Shown here: one piece after another, positions 52,230 to 64,000 of the stretch
Position numbering within the stretch: the first letter of the stretch is position 1
Layout: each line of letters begins with the position of its first letter
Assembly (NCBI GenBank): GCA_951406725.2
Contig: OX597816.1
Span: 155,744,001 to 155,808,000, forward strand
Direction: 5' to 3'
Origin: Octopus vulgaris
Lineage: Eukaryota
Length of the DNA: 64,000 nt
The notes under the pieces: generated by a model
What the model saw: the letters and a program-made list of their open reading frames with translations, nothing else
Told to the model about the DNA's origin: nothing
Database searches by the model: none
Made by a program: the position numbers and the translations under genes

Positions 52230-52235
52230 AATAAA
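52230..52235 (+). terminator. Candidate polyadenylation signal of the FKBP gene
   Basis: AATAAA about 350 nt after the stop; weak evidence in AT-rich DNA. Confidence 0.25.
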
Positions 52236-55200
52236 ATCATGAAGGTATTCTGATCACTATATATAAAAGACAAAATATATTATTTTTTTATAGATTAGTT
52301 AGGCATAATTTATCCCTGCTTTTCAATCTCAGTATTTAAACCATGCATAGTACTGCTGTAGTACACATGCTGCATACATTCCTACAAAAACGTTTTCTTT
52401 ATGTGCTATAAAAGCAGAACTCAATCTTCCGGCAACTTAGTCATGCACCTGTGTTTTGCTTATTTTTTGTGTGTTTTACAACATAAAGGTGACCAACTGC
52501 CTACCCTAAGTAATTATTGATGGCACATGCCTGGTGTGCTTGTGTTTATATATATATATTTTAGTTTGTGCTCAGAGCTGCAGCCATGCTGATGCACCGC
52601 TGTTATATATATATATATAAATATATATATATATACACACACACATGTACATTCACGTTTTTGTTATATAAAACACTGGGCATTGTAAGAATAGCAATGG
52701 AGTAAGTCATCAGTTTCAAAAGAATAAATCAACTCTACTGTAATAATACATCCATAAATTACATACTTGTCTGTCCATCTCTTTCTTTGTATGTATGTAT
52801 GTATATATCATCGTATTTTAGAATGGTGGATCTTGAAGCAGATAAAGCTATAAATAATACCATGTAAATATAGGGTTAGATAACCCTTTGCATAGAAAAT
52901 TCAAAGTACTGCTTTGGTTTAGTGGTAGAATCCCTGTCGGCGAGCTGGCAGAAACATTAGCGCGCCGGGCGAAATGTGTAGCCATATTTCATCTGCCGTT
53001 ACGTTCTGAGTTCAAATTCTGCCGAGGTCGACTTTGCCTTTCATCCTTTCGGGGTCGATAAATTAAGTACCAGTTACGCACTGGGGTCATTGTAATCGAC
53101 TTAATCCCATTGTCTGTCCTTGTTTGTCCCCTCTATGTTTGACCCCTTGTGGACAATAGAGAAATAGGTAGAATCCCTGTCATGTTTACAGCAGATGTAG
53201 GTTCAAGTTTCATGGACAACCTTTAACTTTTTCTGTCCAAAAGGGGGTTTTTGACCCACTATTTGCTTCAAGATTCACCATTCCATAAAAAGAATTATCT
53301 CATGTTCTTTCAAAGTTTATTAATTTTTATGGTGTCAATAATGCATGCTATCATTTCTATATCCATGCTTGCATGGATCAGATGGAATTCATTTTGGGAG
53401 ATTTTCTAGACTCAAATAATCTTCCTGTTGCTAACACTCAGTTGGTTCCAGGTAAGTTAATACTTCCAGAATAGCTGTGCATTTTCTTGGATTTCAAGAT
53501 TTGAGGGTGAAAACATATTTTTAGATGAGTACAATCAAATTTGAAACTGACGTCACTGGTTGGATTGTCGTCCCTATTTTATTGAAAACAGATGATGTGG
53601 TGGTAAACAGATTACTCTTTTACTCGTTTCAGTCATTTGACTGTGGCTATGCTGGAGCACCACCTTTAGTCAAGCAAATCGGCCCCAGGACTTATTCTTT
53701 GTAAGCCTAGTACTTATTCTATTGGTCTCTTTTGCCAAACCACTAAGTTATGGGGAGGTAAATACACCAGCATCGGTTGTCAAGCGATGTTGGGGCAACA
53801 AATACAGACATACAAACATATACAAACACACATACATATACATATGTATACATATATACGATGGGCTTCTTTCAGTTTCCGTCTTCCAAATCCACTCACA
53901 AGGCTTTGGTTGGCCCGAGGCTATAGTAGAAGACACTTGCCCAAGGTGCCACGCAGTGGGACTGAACCCGGAACAATGTGGTTGGTAAGCAAGTTACTTA
54001 CCATACAGCCACTCCTACGCCATATGCCACTCCTTACCACACGCCACTCCTTAAACAAAATATGGCTAACATGTTACAGCAGCAGCATAGTTTGTGAAGG
54101 CTTGTGGCTTTGTGGTTAGTGTATTTGGCTCATGATCACATGGTCATGAGTTCAATACATGGTGGTGCATTGTGACCTTCAGTAAGACTCTTCATTTCAA
54201 GTTGCTCAAGTCCAACAGCTGGTGAAAAAGAGTTGTACCTGTCACTCAAAGGTCCAGCCCTGTTACATTCAGTCATGCTGGATTTCCCTGAGGACTACAT
54301 TAAGGGTATATTTGTCTGTGGAGTACTCAACCGCTTGGTTAATTTCACAAGCAGGCTATTCTGCTGATTGAATCAATTGAGATCATGACGATACCATTCT
54401 TAGGACTTTATCCATTAAGAGATGTCATTGAGATTATATATACTTCCTTGACTATGATGAACCCCTTCACATCGTCTATTTTTGTTTCAACTAGCTGCTG
54501 GGTGAGCAAATATTAGAAATCTTCATTACAGTCTGTATAGCTGGATAAGAATATTATCCAGCGCCGCCTCGACTGGCTTCTGTGCCGGTGGCACATAAAA
54601 AGCACCATCCCAACGTGTCCGATGCCAGCGCCACCTTGACTGGCTTCCGTGCCAGTGGTACGTTAAAAGCACCAACCGATTGTGGCCGATGCCAGACTCC
54701 CCTGGCACCTGTTAAAAAGCACCAACTACACTCGTGGAGTGGTTGGCGTTAGGAAGGGCATCCAGCTGTAGAAACACTGCCAGATCAGACTGGAGCCTGG
54801 TGCAGCCCCTGGCTTTCCAGACCCCGGTCGAACCGTCCAACCCATGCTAGCGTGGAAAACGGATGTTAAACGATGATGATGATGATGATAACTTTGCTCA
54901 ACGCAGATCTACGCACTTTAATTCTTTTACATCAGAAAGAGCAAGTAATGCTGCATACTACTGTGGTAAAATAAAAATCCCAATTTACCCCAGGGTGTAA
55001 ATATTGAGTTTTACAATATTGAATACACTACTTATTTACTTTTTTCAATATTCAGTCACACCTGAGGTAAATGTTGACAATTTTTTTCTGTATGCGATAC
55101 AATTTTGACAGTTTCACAATATTTTCAGTAAAAAGCCAATTATTTCGAGCCCGTACCATTGCAGTGTTGGAAAAATAATATGCATCAAAATGAAAGATTT

Positions 55201-56059
55201 TTGATTGGATGGTTTTGAGTGGGTCTGGTTAGAAAACGTGTAAACAAATTTGGCTCATGTTTACGTTTTAACATTGAAAAATTACTTTGTTTGCATATGC
55301 AAGTGAAAAAACATCATATCAGAAATAATCTTTCAGACCCTTTTTGAAACTAAATCTTTCACTGTGCATAGGCATAAGAATATCGGAAATATTTACTTTA
55401 TTCATGTATGATCAACTTTGATCAAGCAAAAAATGTAACGATTAATTCCCAAGAAGTTAAAAACGCCAAGAAGATTGTCAGTGTAAAGATTAATGATCTG
55501 AAGTTGCCGGAAAAACCAATTCTTTGCAGAGAACATTGACAACTGTCAGTTAAATAGATATACGTATAGAGCCTTAAACGTTAAGGGGAGGTAGCTACTT
55601 CTGACTAAGCTGTGGGCTAATTTGCAAGGCAGTGAACAGTAATGGCTAACTTGGCTGGTAACCAATTAAAAAACTAGCAAATGGATACCTTGACAAGCGA
55701 GGGTAGAGGGGGAAGTGCACTGATGATGGTCTGAAGGCAGGATATTAACTTGTGGTGGGGTGGGGACGCTATGGTCTACTTGCATACTTCTTGATTCGAA
55801 ACCACAAATATGGTGGCGGGGTGGTTTTATGGTTGGGGGGGCAGGTGCAAAATGCAACTAACAATTCATTGGCTCACATTCTTGAGACCACCCACACATC
55901 AACAAATGTTGCCACGGCGTACATGTACGTGCATGAATGGACTGAAAAATTTGCCAAAATTAATTTACTTTATTCATTCATGACTTAAAATTGCAGCCCA
56001 CTCAAAAATGTACCCATGGCAAGTGCCCTGCCTGCTATACTCTAGGTATGCCACTGAGG

Positions 56060-56678
56060 ACAGGACAGTGGTTAGATACAGGAGAGTCACCAAAATACTA
56101 CCCAAAACTACCAATGCACCCTAAAAGGTTGATGGTTACTGTATGGTGATCAACAAATGGGGTTATTCATTATTCATTTTTGCAATAAAAAAAAAAACTG
56201 TAACAGCAACATCCTATTGTCAGGAAATTGATTGTATGCATGAAAAATTAAAAAAAAGAAGCAACCCAGATTAGTGAATAGAGATGGCTCAATTTTGCTT
56301 CATGATAATGCATAGCCTCACACTTTTCAAGCTACAGTCCACAAGTTGCAAAGCCTGAATAATGAAATTTTGGTACATCCTCTTTATTCTCCTGATATCT
56401 TTCCTACTGATTATCACATATTTAAACACTTCAAGCTTATTATATGCAATAAAACATTCTTAAATAAAGAAGAGGTAATTGAAGCATTCGAACAGTTTAT
56501 CAGTGTAAAAGATGACAAATTCTTTGAAGATGGAATATATGCCTTAGAGAAATGTTGGATGAAGGTCATAAATGAACAAGTATTATATCTTGAATGATAA
56601 ATAAAAAATTTTAAACTTAATAAACCATTTTAATCTTTCCTTTTTCAAATGCAACATTTCATGTAAGACAACTTAATA
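56060..56678 (+). mobile_element. Mariner transposase 3' relic
   Basis: HPKRLMVTVW..ILLHDNA*PH..HPLYSPDIFPTDYHIF..GIYALEKCW; terminal caacttaaTA. Confidence 0.8.
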
Positions 56679-57022
56679 TATATAAGTGCACACACAGTTG
56701 TGTGGTAAGAAGCTTACTTCCCAACTATATGGTTCCCAGTTCAATCCCACTGTGTGACACCTTGGACAAGTGTCTTCTTCTATAGCCTAAGGCTGACCAA
56801 AGCCTTGTGAGTGGATTTGGTAGACAGAAACTGAAAGAAGCTTGTTGCATGGATATATCATCATCATCATCACTTAACTTCTGCCTTCCATGCTGGCATG
56901 TGTGCGATGGTTTGACAGGAGCTAACCAGGCAGAAACCTGCACCAGACTTCTGCAACTGTTTTGGCAGGATTTTTACAACTGGATGCACTTCTGAAGACC
57001 AACCACTCAGCTGAGTGGACCA

Positions 57023-57057
<35 letters not shown>

Positions 57058-57159
57058 ATAGAAATGGTAAGACAACAAAAGAACGAAAGAGACCTTGATA
57101 TTATGTAAATAGAAGAATTTATCTGTAAATGTAATATGTGACAATTATTGGGTAGCCAT

Positions 57160-57220
57160 GATAAAACTCCGAGTTTCGGATGTCAGAGCAGAAATCCATG
57201 CCACCATCTCTTCAGTTATC
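57160..57220 (-). ncRNA. Type I hammerhead ribozyme-like motif (best preserved)
   Basis: Minus strand: gataa-CTGAAGA-helix II(gatg..catc)-GAAA-ctc g gag-TT-ttatc; perfect 5-bp helix I, near-palindromic helix III, GUU site. Confidence 0.65.
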
Positions 57221-57413
57221 CGACCATTGGAAAAAATGCTATGAAAATGACCAGTAAAGAAAGGGAAATTACTGTGTGATTGACCGCTATTAAGACAAAA
57301 GAGCTATTAGAATGACTGCTAAGTGAGGGGAGGGAGTAAAGGTAAGGGAGTAAAAATTTTCATAGTAATCGTGTAAGTGCACATGTCCATACCTACATGT
57401 GTAAGAATGGACA

Positions 57414-57444
<31 letters not shown>

Positions 57445-57451
57445 CTTTATA

Positions 57452-57960
57452 TTTCCGTCTACCAAATCCACTCACGTCTACCAAATCCACTCACAAGGCT
57501 TTGGTTGGACTGGGGCTCTAACACCAGAGACTTGCCCTAGGTGCTATGCAGTAGGACTGAACGTGGAACCATGTGATCAAGAAGGAAGCTTCTTACCACC
57601 CAACCATGCCTGTACCAACATATATGTTTCTTGATTTCAGTACTTTAGAGAGACACAGACATAAAGACAGAGGGGTTTATGTGAGTATTTCAAGGCGTAA
57701 AAGATGTGAAAGTGTGTGAGAGTGTTTGCATGTGAAAAGGGACCTGTGGAAACACATGCATATCTTTGTATATGTAGCAATTATTTTATATATTTTATAT
57801 ACGTATACATGCACACACACATACATACATATAGACGTACATCACAAACACACATATTTAGCATAAAACATTTAATTGCTTCTTTAGTTGTGGATTAACT
57901 TGATTGTGCTTGCTCACATAAACATACATACATGCACACACATTCACACACACGCACACA

Positions 57961-57998
<38 letters not shown>

Positions 57999-59296
57999 TA
58001 TAAACTGACACATGTGGGAATATGACCAGCAGATAGCCAAGAATCAGAATAGAACATAATTGTTAAATGTTACAATGAACTGCTAACATTGACATCTACT
58101 GAAGCATCTAGAATTGATCTGAGTAAGCTGGGTGGATTTTTCTTATTTCTCACTTCACAACTGAAAGCGTAGCTGAATAGCAGTAAGTCCCTGTTTCACT
58201 TTCTCTATTTATTTTCATGTGTTGTTGCTGTGTTTAGCCTGATGTCATTATACATTTTAAAGCTGGGTCCCCAGCAACCAGCAAGTCCCCCTGCAATCAG
58301 GATCATTTGGTGTTGGGCCACACCAAAAAAATAGATTTTGCAGACTATTGCAGTCTACAAGTTATTTTTGCATTATATATGCAATATAAATGTATTAAAT
58401 ATGTGATAATTAAATTACATACTATGCATGTTATTGTGTTCTGTCATGCATGTGATCCTCAAAATCCATAGAAAAATTGTCTTACATGAATCCAGTCTGT
58501 GATGCAAAAAAGGTCAGGGACCATTGATCTGAAGCATTCTCGCCATTGCTAAGTTGGTTTTTTAGTGTTAAGAGCAATTTGATTTAGGTGACATTTAGCT
58601 GTGATTTCTAGATGGTCTAGATTTTTATGTGCATAGTTCCTTTGTTGACTCATCTTTTCCATATGTTTGTGATGTTCCAGTGCAATTGTATCGAGGGCAC
58701 AGTTTCTGATTCTCAAATGCATGCTTCATCACCGGCTGATATGCTTATTTTTCTATATTATATATAGTCTGTTACAAAATGCATCATTGGCACTAAATAT
58801 TTCAGGGATTTTAATAATTTCTTCAGAGTCTTTTTGTGATGTGGTTCAGGATGGTAACTTTTTGTTTGTACATCAGCATCAAACAAAGATGAGGCCCATT
58901 ACTTTGTGAGACATTAAGGAGAATTTACGTATATATTACTGAGCAAAATCAAATATCAATTGAGAACATTTTCTTAGTATTAGTACCTAATTTGAGAGAG
59001 AAAAAGAAATAGATAGATAGATTGATAAATAGATAGATAGGTAGATAGATAGATAGAGAGAGAGAAAGAGAGGGACAGACAGAGAATACTCATTATTGTG
59101 TAAACATTGATATGCTAACTCAATAATAACTAATCTTAAACTATTGGTTACAAATGCATTGTTTGACCGTATTGGTAAAAAAAGTGTTGATTCAAAGTTG
59201 CAGAAAAGTAACACAAAGTGGTGCCAGAGGATGTGATGATTAATAATAATTGTTTCTGCAACAGGCACAAGACCTGAAACTTTAGAGGAGAGGCTA
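57452..59296 (+). repeat. Segmental duplication block B1 (copy of 26155-28171)
   Basis: Colinear with A1 but lacks the SINE inserted at 26290-26528. Confidence 0.92.
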
Positions 59297-60001
59297 GTCA
59301 ATCACATCAACCCCAGTGCTTAACTGGTACTTATTTTATTGACCCTGAAAGGATGAAAGGCAAAGTTGATCTTGATAGAATTTGAACTCAGAAGAAATGC
59401 TGTTAAGAATTTTTGTTTTGCACAGTCACAATTCTACCAGCTCATGGCCTAATGATGGTAAATAATAATATTAGGATTTTATGAAATTTCTTCATAAAGA
59501 CTGACCATACTATTGAAGTAAGAATACCAAATATTACAGAGAGTAAAATAAAAAGTGTAAAACTGCAATACTATATGATAATACAGTAGATACTTATGGT
59601 AAAATTGAGAAATATCAGGACCTAGTCAGAGAGAGGAAGAGATTGTTCTTGTGATAATTGGTATATTTGTGGCACAACAACCAAACTGCTACCAAAGAGG
59701 CTGAAGAATACTGGAACTAAAGCATAGGCACAGGAGTGGCTGTGTGGAAGTCACGAGATTTACAAGTAGTGGAACACTAATGAATCCCTGATAAAACTAA
59801 TCACCGGCTTTGAATAAAATGAAGTGCAAATTGAGAAGGAAATATAGAGAAAATTCTAATGGTGATGAGATGAAAGACTAATGGTGAAATCCAATAACTT
59901 GAAATTAACCTACCCGAAGTTATGGTATGGTTTTTGCCTAGACAAATACAAAGGATGCTCATAGACACCTTAGGCAGTCTCCATATTTCTGTAACATATC
60001 T

Positions 60002-60482
60002 TTAACCCTTTCGATACCAACCCGGTTGAAACTGGCTCTGGCTCTGATTAAAAATGTCTTGCTTTCAAAAGTTCTGAATTAAGATCTTCCACCAAACCTT
60101 AGTCACAATTTATGTTCCTAACACTAGTTTAATGATAACTAAGTTATTTTACTAAATTCTTTGTTGTATTTAAAATTAATTGAAAGAAACACAGAGAAGC
60201 TCGACAGAAATATGATTAAAAAAAGGGTTAAAATATATAATAGAGAAACAATTCTTAGCCCTTTTGAGATTAACCCGGCTGAAACCGGCTCTGGCTCTGA
60301 GTAAAAATGTCTTGTTTTCAAAAGTTTTGAATTAAAATCTTCCACCAAACCTTAGTCACAATTCATGTTCCTAACACTAGCTTAATGGTAACCAAGTTAT
60401 TTTACTAAATTCTTTGTTATATTTAAAGTAATTGAAAGAAACACAGAGCATCTCAAAATAAATACAGTAACGAAAGGGTTAA
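60002..60482. mobile_element. Two adjacent piggyBac-type MITEs (60002-60231, 60255-60482)
   Basis: TTAA-CCCTTT...AAAGGG-TTAA termini (left end of the second copy is TTAG); two similar ~230-bp copies 23 bp apart. Confidence 0.75.
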
Positions 60483-62049
60483 GGCAGTTAGAGTCATGGG
60501 CTACTCTCATCTTATCTGGCTGATAGTTTGTTACTCATGTACATTGTCACAATTTTTTTATTTCTAATTTATTTGGATTTTTGTACCTTTTGACTAAATG
60601 AATATACTGAATAACATTTTTTAAAAATTATATGTATGCATCACTACATATCTTGAAACCCCTTTATGATAAATTTTCTTTGGATAAATAAGACCTTATG
60701 GCAAATAAGGTGAAATTATTATATTTGATACATTATATAATTATTATTATCATCATTATGATAGTTGCTGCTGCTGATTCATTCAGATATTAAAAAAATT
60801 TGCTTCAGGAATACTTAATGTTTTTGAAGTGTAATTCTCATTATGTATAATTTTTCGAATGGACATTTTTCAACATTTTGAAATGTCCTCCTGGTATTGA
60901 TGCTAAAAACACAGTCACTTTTTTAATAAATATTTCCATTTTCCTTTTATTAAATCTCAGTAAAAAATGGCTCCCCAAAGAGAAGACACTGAACAAAGCA
61001 AAGCAAAAAAATGGGAAAATATATTAATAAACACAAACAAACCACAGAAAATGGGGGAAAATGAATAATGAGATTTCAACAAAAAGAAATTGTGTAATAG
61101 ATTTTATGTTTGGTAAAATCAACTGCTCATATGATCAAATGACACTGTAAAGAACACTGGCCAAGCTCTGATATTTACAAGGATATTATCAAACAAGAAA
61201 ATCTTGGGTGTGAAATATTTTGCTGAAAGGACTAAGTATGTCAGTATATTGAGCATAACCTGGTTGCCAGCCTACCATACTCATTCAGAGAGTTGCACAA
61301 GAGAAAGAGAGAAAGATACCAGTGCCTTACCAAGACTGCAGTTGCTTTGTTTATTCCACCCAAAGAAGATTTCCAGATAACCTTGGTAGACATATTAATT
61401 GAAATCTCCTTTATTTGGTAAGACAACATATGTGCTATCTCAAAATCTGAACTCACAGCTAAAGTGGAAGCCCAAATTGTTTGAGAAACATCTGCCTATA
61501 AATATTTGGGAAGGATGAAAACAAGAACACCCATCCAGGATATTGGTGACAATATTAACTTCTGACATTAAGTTACTTTCATGGCATGGTATGGACAAGG
61601 GGTCACAACTATCATAACATCCAACAATATGCACTCAGATGAGGTCATTATGGACATTCAAGAGTTCTTGTTCCCAAAAGACCATAAAACAATACTAAAT
61701 TTATCCCCTGTAAAGAGTACTTAAAGGAAGGTCTTAAAACTCAGACCCCAGAACAGAGGGTCAAAGGTGCATCTGCAAAACATGTGACAGCATAAACCAT
61801 CTAAAGTTCTTCATAAAAGAGCAACAACTACAGCAACAATGAATCATAATGGTTGCTGGTCGTAGCACAAGTCCCAGGAGTTACTTCAAAGTTGTTGGGA
61901 GCTATGCGTCCTAAAATGTTCATAGGTCTCTTCCAGCGAGAACCAGTGGTAAATTTTACAGTACACACACACACACACACACACACACTATATATATATA
62001 TATATATATATTATATATTTAAATGTATAATATATATATATATATATAG

Positions 62050-62297
62050 TAGGAGGAGACCCCCTTCGGTCGTGAATGACCATGGGATTGACCCTAGAAA
62101 GTTACCCTCTGAGCCACAAGTCCAGGCAAGGTTGTTTTTGGAAGGCCAGCAGTCGTCCATGCATACCAGCTTCCCCTCTTCACACTACTGATGTTATCCA
62201 AGGGAAAGGCAAAGGCCAATACAGCTTGGCACCAGTGATATCGCAACTCATTTCTACAGCTGAGTGACCTGGAGCAACGTGGAATAAAGTGTCTTCC
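62050..62297 (-). mobile_element. SINE of a third family, head truncated (related heads ~11375-11560, 54105-54400)
   Basis: aagacacttt..gttgctccag..ctcagctgtagaaatgagt central motif; abuts (TA)n. Confidence 0.5.
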
Positions 62298-62304
62298 AGA
62301 AGTG

Positions 62305-63967
62305 AGCTATGGAACTTTTTTCTGTATGTCTCACCTTCAGCTTAAGCTAATTCTTTCATTTTCATCTTTTGCATCTCTTTGATTTCCAGTCACATTTTAC
62401 CATCCATTTCAAGCCTATATTTGATGGTAATCATGATGATTGATTGCTACAATCAAAATGAAGATCCTGACACTGAAGATTTTTCTTTTGGCAGCACTTG
62501 ATGTCTGCTGTTGTTGTTGCTAAGTCTACTTTTGTCTTCCCACCCACTTTTTCTCTACTTTTCTTGTTTCTCTGGACATGAAGCACAGAGGTGGCTCTTA
62601 CTGTCTCATGTACAGCAACTGAACTGAACTCTGTACTGTAGCATCAGACAAAATGCCTTCCTTTCTTTTGCTGCCAAAACAATGTGGTACAGTTCTGGAA
62701 TCATTTTGCAGTATTTAGGAATGGAGGAGGTGAGGACTGGCATAGGAATTCGTATATGCATATAGTCACACCAACACATTATTTCTGTCAGCTCTGCACT
62801 TATCCCTTGTGCCATAAATGTAATGATAAACTGAAGATCAGTGTCTAAAACAATGGGTTTGATTGTACTCTTTGTGTTGTGCCTTCTCAAACCCTGCAGC
62901 ATGAGGCAGCAGGCAAATGTGTGATGCACTACCTCCATTCATCACTTAAATTTATCATTGGTCTCAAAGACTGAATTCATACACCTATACGACTCTACCT
63001 TGGTTAATAGAGCAAATGTCATTTCACATACATTGGGCTGACCTTCCTTCAAGTGTGCCTTTGGAGGCCTAAGAAAGCCATCTCTGTATTTAAATGTATT
63101 TCTTGAACCAGAGGAGGGTATGTCTTTTCTCTTCTTAGAGCTGGCCTATACAGGGTGATTAGTAATGCTAGCAAAACAGTTACTATTGCATTTACTATTA
63201 ATTTTATTTGAAATATTGATGCTTCCTTTTTGTTTACATTTGTAGAAGCACAAATATTTGCTGTGTTTGCTTGTTCAAGTATATTCACTTTTTTCCCCAA
63301 TATCTGACAATGCAATGCAAGGAGAGAAACAACAAAATGTTGAGTGAATGAATGAGATAATAATAACTGGCACAGAAAGAATACAAGAAAAGAGTTACTC
63401 ATATAGTAAGTGAATATAGCATGCTGGCACAGCAGACATACATGAAAAGACATAACAAAGAAGGGAAAGTAATCCACTGGGAGATATGTAGAAAGTTAGG
63501 ATTTGGCCATACTAATAAATGGTATGAACATGAACCTACTAAAGTACAAGAAAGTAAGAAATATAAGATATCATGGGACTTTAACATACAGACTGAGAGA
63601 GTAATAGAAGCTAGGAGGTCTGATTTAGTAGTAGTAGATAAAGAGAATAGAAAGTGCCAGATAATTGACTTTGCAGTCCCAAATGATAAGAAAATCAAAA
63701 TGAGAGCTATAGAAAAAATAGCAAAGTACCAGAACCTAGCCATAAGACTATGGAAAGTGCAGATAAAATGTATCCCAGTAGTTATAGGTGCATTGGGAAC
63801 TATCCCTAAAGATTTGAACAGCTGGATAGAGGAAATAAGCGTAAACCCAGTTTAGTACAGCTCCAGAAAACAATGTTATTAAGGACAACTAGGATACTTA
63901 GAAGGGTTCTTGGAATCTAAGGTTACTTGTTGTAACTTGATGCTAGGAATTTCTCTTTTCCAACAGT
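62305..63967 (+). repeat. Segmental duplication block B2 (copy of 30625-32278)
   Basis: Colinear with A2 and runs almost to the window end. Confidence 0.92.
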
Positions 63968-64000
63968 CTAATATATGTATATGAAGAGTGATGATAATAA
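63395..64000 (+). mobile_element. R4/Dong-type non-LTR retrotransposon 3' end (restriction-like endonuclease)
   Basis: YMKRHN..IHW..WYEHEP..WDFNIQT..ARRSDLVVVDK..IIDFAVP..EKIAKYQNL..IPVVIGALG; ends in an incipient TAA tail. Confidence 0.88.

Noticed and set aside
61230-61850. Possible R4-type RT relic (YKYLG)
   Set aside because: One short motif only; no other RT motifs recoverable.

Overview
AT-rich, microsatellite-dense eukaryotic DNA. Its repeat content (RTE LINEs ending in (GAT)n, tRNA-headed SINEs, Penelope-like, R4/Dong, mariner/maT and hAT relics) points to a cephalopod, probably Octopus; this is inference. One protein-coding gene is reconstructed on the + strand from four coding exons (33183-33397, 41833-41978, 50225-50355, 51734-51883). 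It encodes a 213-aa ER-luminal FKBP14/FKBP7-like peptidyl-prolyl isomerase with a signal peptide, FKBP domain, two EF-hands and a C-terminal HVEL. Most of the rest is transposon debris. Points of note: (1) two blocks upstream of the gene recur about 31-32 kb downstream, predicting a second FKBP copy just past the window end; (2) at least six unrelated hammerhead-ribozyme-like motifs, typical of Penelope-like elements, one attached to a tRNA-derived head; (3) several unrelated 95-260 bp fold-back palindromes; (4) an RTE LINE family with a PHD-type C4HC3 finger inside ORF2 and a variable-number 3'UTR repeat; (5) candidate non-coding minus-strand exons at 12.7-18.2 kb. Coordinates of degenerate repeats were read by eye and are approximate.
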